28,888 nt of DNA from Armatimonadota bacterium (lineage in GTDB: Bacteria; Armatimonadota; Zipacnadia; Zipacnadales; UBA5352), in assembly GCA_034722055.1 (NCBI GenBank), contig JAYENL010000208.1:1-28888 (forward strand). The letters run 5' to 3'. The position numbers and the translations under genes are program-made. How positions within the stretch are numbered: position 1 is the first letter of the stretch; each line of letters begins with the position of its first letter. The notes under the pieces were generated by a model. The model was not told the origin of the DNA and ran no database searches. It saw only the letters and a list, made by a program, of their open reading frames with translations. Below, piece after piece: positions 25,159 to 28,888 of this stretch.

Positions 25159-26610
25159 ATGTTGAGAGTGGAGCGAGACCAGGACGTGCCAAGCCTCGCC
25201 AGTGAGATGACGCCGCGAGAGATCGTCGCTTCGCTGGATCGATACATCGTGGGGCAGGATGACGCCAAGCGGGCGGTGGCCATCGCGCTGCGCAACCGCG
25301 TGCGACGGCAGCACATCGCCGAGGACCTGCGCGACGAGGTCATCCCCAAGAACATCCTGATGATCGGCCCCACGGGCGTGGGGAAGACCGAGATCGCGCG
25401 GCGCCTGGCGCAGCTTGCGAAGGCCCCCTTCATCAAGGTGGAGGCCACCAAGTTCACGGAGGTGGGCTACGTCGGCCGCGACGTGGAGTCCATCATCCGC
25501 GACCTGGTGGACATCGCCTACCGTATGGTGGAGAAGGAGCACCTCCGCAAGGTGCGCCCGGAGGCAGAGCGGCTGGCGCAGGAGCGGCTGCTGGAGAGGC
25601 TGGCCGGCGGCGGACCGGCGGCGGAGCTGCCGTGGCAGATGCCGGGCGTCCATGGGACCCAGCAGCAGACGCCCGAGCAGGCCGCCGCTCAGCAGCAGCG
25701 GGAGCGCAAGCAGCGCGAGCAGCACCAGAAGGTGCGGGAGTACACCCGCCAGCGGCTGGAGCGCGGGGAGCTGGAGGACGAGGAGATCGAGATCGAGGTG
25801 AAGGAGGGCGGTTCGGTCCAGAACCTGCAGATCTTCTCCCCACAGGGCATGGAGGAGATGGGCTTCAATATGCAGGAGATGCTGGGCAACATCTTCCCCT
25901 CCCAGAGCACCACGCGGCGGATGACCGTGGCCGAGGCCCGCGAGGTGCTCACCAATCAGGAGGCCCAGCGGCTCATCGACAGCCACGCCATCGCCCGCGA
26001 CGCCATCGAGCGCACTGAGCAGTCCGGCATCGTGTTCCTCGACGAGCTGGATAAGGTGGCAGGGCGGGAATCCTCGTCCCACGGACCTGACGTCTCTCGC
26101 GAGGGCGTGCAGCGCGACATCCTGCCCATCATCGAGGGCTCCACCGTGCAGACCAAGTACGGGCCGTGCGACACCATGCACGTTCTGTTCATCTGCGCGG
26201 GGGCCTTTCACAGCTCGAGCCCCTCCGACCTCATCCCCGAGCTGCAGGGGCGGCTGCCCATCCGCGTGGAGCTCGACAGCCTCTCCGGAGAGGAGTTCCG
26301 GCGCATCCTGGTGGAGCCGGAGAACTCGCTGGTGCGCCAGTACACGGAGCTGCTGGACACGGAGGGCGTGAGCGTGGAGTTCACCGAGGAGGCGCTCGAC
26401 GAGGTGGCCCGCATCGCCCAGGATGTCAACGACACCACCGAGAACATCGGCGCCCGGCGGCTCTACACCCTGATGGAGCGGCTGCTGGAGGAGCTGTCCT
26501 TCGAGGCCCCGGAGGTCTCGGGGCAGGCCATCACCGTGGACGGCGACTACGTGCGGGCGCAGCTCAAGGACCTGGCCGGCGACGAGGACCTGAGCCGGTA
26601 CATGCTCTGA
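25159..26610 (+). CDS. hslU: ATP-dependent protease ATPase subunit HslU (ClpY)
   Basis: 'TPREIV..LD.YIVGQ..AK', '[22 protein letters not shown]', 'KFTEVGYVG', 'FLDELDK', 'GVQRDILP', 'ENIGARRL', C-terminal 'DLSRYML'. Start may be at 25186 or 25207. Confidence 0.97.
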   Translation: MLRVERDQDVPSLASEMTPREIVASLDRYIVGQDDAKRAVAIALRNRVRRQHIAEDLRDEVIPKNILMIGPTGVGKTEIARRLAQLAKAPFIKVEATKFTEVGYVGRDVESIIRDLVDIAYRMVEKEHLRKVRPEAERLAQERLLERLAGGGPAAELPWQMPGVHGTQQQTPEQAAAQQQRERKQREQHQKVREYTRQRLERGELEDEEIEIEVKEGGSVQNLQIFSPQGMEEMGFNMQEMLGNIFPSQSTTRRMTVAEAREVLTNQEAQRLIDSHAIARDAIERTEQSGIVFLDELDKVAGRESSSHGPDVSREGVQRDILPIIEGSTVQTKYGPCDTMHVLFICAGAFHSSSPSDLIPELQGRLPIRVELDSLSGEEFRRILVEPENSLVRQYTELLDTEGVSVEFTEEALDEVARIAQDVNDTTENIGARRLYTLMERLLEELSFEAPEVSGQAITVDGDYVRAQLKDLAGDEDLSRYML

Positions 26611-26677
26611 AGCGCGTCCGATGTGAGGACCGAAGCGCACCGTCCGCGTCGGGCTGTGCAATCCCGAGAGGCATCAG

Positions 26678-26788
26678 GGGCCGGCGCTGAAGGCCGAGAC
26701 CGACGGCAACTGCGTGGTCGTGGGCACGCTGACCATCACCCGCGGCAGCGACACGGTGACGGAGGCGACATTCACATCCGTTGACTGA
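26678..26788 (+). pseudogene. Start-less 3' remnant of an unknown gene
   Basis: Reads GPALKAETDGNCVVVGTLTITRGSDTVTEATFTSVD* in native GC3-rich codons. In-frame stop at 26624-26626 and no ATG/GTG before the coding-like part. Confidence 0.4.
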
Positions 26789-26799
26789 GATCAGGTCAG

Positions 26800-27283
26800 T
26801 CCAGCGTGCCACCGTAGCGGCCATGAAGCTGCCGACCACAGCCAGGCCCCCGAGCAGCATCGCCAGCCGGAAGTGGAAGCTGCCGGGACGGAGGTCGGCG
26901 TTGCCCAGAGCGTGGTGCGTGATGGAGGCGATGCCACCGGCGATAAGCTGCTGCAGCAGGACGGCGAGGACCACCTGGGTGACCGGGAAGCCCAGCATGA
27001 GCAGCAAGGCCGTGAGCGTGGTGCCATATCCCATCCCCAGCGTGGCGTCCACATACTGGGAGGCGAATGAGAGGCCAGCGGGCAGCGCGTAGCCGGCCAG
27101 CGGCTCATGCTCGTCGATCTGCCCGAGTGCGAGCCTGCGACTGGTAATCACCAGGACTGCCGCGCCCACCCCGAGCAGAATCGACAGAACCCAGAAGCCC
27201 GTCAGCACTCTCCTGAGAGACCGCGACGAGGGGTCCGACAGGCGTTCGCCCAGCTCCGTGAAGAAGGACCTCTTCTGCATCAC
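26800..27283 (-). pseudogene. Truncated TauE/SafE (TSUP) family exporter
   Basis: 'YVDATLGMGYGTTLTALLLMLGF...AVLL...AG...HH..GN' is the TSUP N-terminal half. Membrane-protein-like sequence ends near 26800; the frame then runs through low-quality sequence to a stop at 26564, overlapping hslU. Confidence 0.65.
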
Positions 27284-27355
27284 CCGCCTCCACCTGGTTC
27301 AGCATCTCACGAAGCCAGCCGGCCGCCGGCTCGGACGGCTGTTGCAGCGCGCGCC

Positions 27356-27772
27356 CTACTCTGTGCCCCAGACACCGCCGCCGGAGTCCTGCCACATCCG
27401 ATAGCCCTCCAGCTCCTCCTCTTCCACCGGCACCTGGCGCAGGAACACCGGGCGGGAGGCAGAGAGGACCTCTCTGGTGACCGGCATGTGACCGATGCCG
27501 GGGCTGTCCTGCTGATGCGCGCTCCGGAGGCGCAGGACCGAGGGATCGACGTCCTCAGGCCGCTCCTCGAAGCGGTTGGCATACAGGCGCACATGCACAG
27601 CACTCTCGTCGAGGGCCAGTATCTTCGCGACCTGGAAGAAGCCCTCCCCGCTGTCCACCGAATACAGGCCCCCGACCCTCAGCTCGACCCGGTGGCGGGC
27701 GCGCAGCCACATCACCGCTGCTACCAGCCCGACCACGATCACCGCGCACGCAATCAGCGTTCTGGTCGCCAT
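27356..27772 (-). CDS. Hypothetical protein with N-terminal membrane anchor (138 aa)
   Basis: Hydrophobic N-terminus, globular-looking 'QVAKILALD...VHVRLY...GIGHMP...ELEGYRMW...GGGVW', and GAGGGG upstream. Confidence 0.7.
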   Translation of the reverse strand: MATRTLIACAVIVVGLVAAVMWLRARHRVELRVGGLYSVDSGEGFFQVAKILALDESAVHVRLYANRFEERPEDVDPSVLRLRSAHQQDSPGIGHMPVTREVLSASRPVFLRQVPVEEEELEGYRMWQDSGGGVWGTE

Positions 27773-27838
27773 CCTGCCCGTGCCCCCTCGTCAGACTGCT
27801 CGGCAGTTGGGATCATCCCCGCGTAGGCGCGCCCGCGC

Positions 27839-28597
27839 CTACTCCTTCGGCTCCAGCCGCCAGACGCGGAAGTTGTCCACGAACTCGTGGTTGTGCGTGG
27901 TCCGGAAGCCGAAGTAGCCGGACTCGTACGGCTCGGGATCGTCCAGCTCAAAGATGACCTCGCCGTCGCGGATGAACTGCACCAGGCCGTTGAAGTAGAC
28001 GAGCTGAAAGCGGTACACGTGCGTGGGAACAATGAGGTAGTGGGGATTGCCGTCGTAGTGGTGGATGGGGTCGGGCCGGGGGGACTGGCCGGTGTAGCGC
28101 CGGAATCGGCAGGTGGTGTTATTCCCACCCCCGTAGCCCACGTAGTACTGGGTCAGCGTGTCGTAGTTGCCGAACATTCCGTTGCGCCACTGTGAGCGGG
28201 CCCAGAAGTCGTCGGGATGCTCGGGGTCGTTGGCCTGCCAGAAGCAGTTGAGGTCCCGGGAGAAGTCGCACTCGCCGGCCATGGCCTCCGCCTGCCGCTC
28301 GTACTCGATGAGGACGTTCCCCTCCAGCTTCTCCCTGAACCACACCGTGAGGCCCGTGAGCGTCCGCAGCTCCATGCGGCCCTCGGTGATGCGCGGCTCC
28401 ACATCGCCCTCGGCTACCCAGTTCGACAGGTCGCCGGAGAAGTCGTCGGAGTAAAGCAGCTCACCCACCGTGTAGGGCTGGTCCTCGATGGTCTCGTGCG
28501 CGTAGGCCGGGTACGGCTCGGCCGGCTCGAACTCCTGTGCTCCGACTGTCATCGCGGTCACCACCAGCAGTGTGAGAATCAGCGTGATCGTGCGCAT
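27839..28597 (-). CDS. Exported DUF6250-like (concanavalin-fold) protein
   Basis: Signal peptide MRTITLILTLLVVTAMTVGA. 'LLYSDDF', 'GLTVWF..KLEG', 'DLNCFW.A.DP', 'YYVGYGG..NTT.RFRRY', 'PY..GYFGFRT'. Confidence 0.75.
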   Translation of the reverse strand: MRTITLILTLLVVTAMTVGAQEFEPAEPYPAYAHETIEDQPYTVGELLYSDDFSGDLSNWVAEGDVEPRITEGRMELRTLTGLTVWFREKLEGNVLIEYERQAEAMAGECDFSRDLNCFWQANDPEHPDDFWARSQWRNGMFGNYDTLTQYYVGYGGGNNTTCRFRRYTGQSPRPDPIHHYDGNPHYLIVPTHVYRFQLVYFNGLVQFIRDGEVIFELDDPEPYESGYFGFRTTHNHEFVDNFRVWRLEPKE

Positions 28598-28639
28598 GCC
28601 TCGAACCCTCCCTGTGCCTCTCATGATGCAGGAAACGAC

Positions 28640-28664
28640 CGCAGGCTGAAAGCCTGCGCCACGG
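28640..28664 (-). repeat. REP-like palindrome family B, with a degenerate copy at ~28757-28787
   Basis: CGCAGGCTGAAAGCCTGCGCCACGG, stem CGCAGGCT/AGCCTGCG. Confidence 0.75.
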
Positions 28665-28888
28665 CCCGTGCGAACTCCATGCCCAGCGTTGCTGGTCTTG
28701 TCGTACGGAGCGGCGGCGTGCCCACGCCGCCGGCCGTTGTCGTTCGCAATCCCCGGCGACCGCAGGCTGGAACCTAAGTTATGCGCCTTTTTCGGCTTGG
28801 CGGGAAGGTTCTCAGTCAGGTCGTGGCGCACCTGTTGGTGAGCGATCATCGGAGCCTTTCGGTCTCCCGAGGAGGTCAGATGATGCCC

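Overview
GC-rich bacterial chromosomal window with about 22 coding regions. I see no rRNA, tRNA, CRISPR array or transposase. Left to right it carries: a 5'-truncated giant modular protein (carbohydrate-binding modules, CARDB, and a fused cysteine-hydrolase-like domain); an orphan PilB/GspE ATPase; a URO-D-family protein; a signal-peptide-bearing Hcp-like protein with no other T6SS genes; sugar genes (PfkB kinase, SDR, GT4, G1P thymidylyltransferase, LamG+GHL10); a wHTH-MNT/HEPN toxin-antitoxin pair; a secreted hypothetical protein; a non-canonical sulfatase; a putative operon of Zn-ribbon microprotein, membrane microprotein, trmFO-like, xerC, hslV and hslU; a truncated TauE/SafE gene; and two more exported or membrane proteins. 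Intergenic regions hold several REP-like palindromic repeat families. The best novelty candidates are the Sec-exported, possibly tandem Hcp-fold protein and a TrmFO homologue that appears to lack both conserved cysteines and lies downstream of a Zn-ribbon microprotein whose RBS sits in a hairpin. All family calls rest on motifs recognised by eye; no searches were run.
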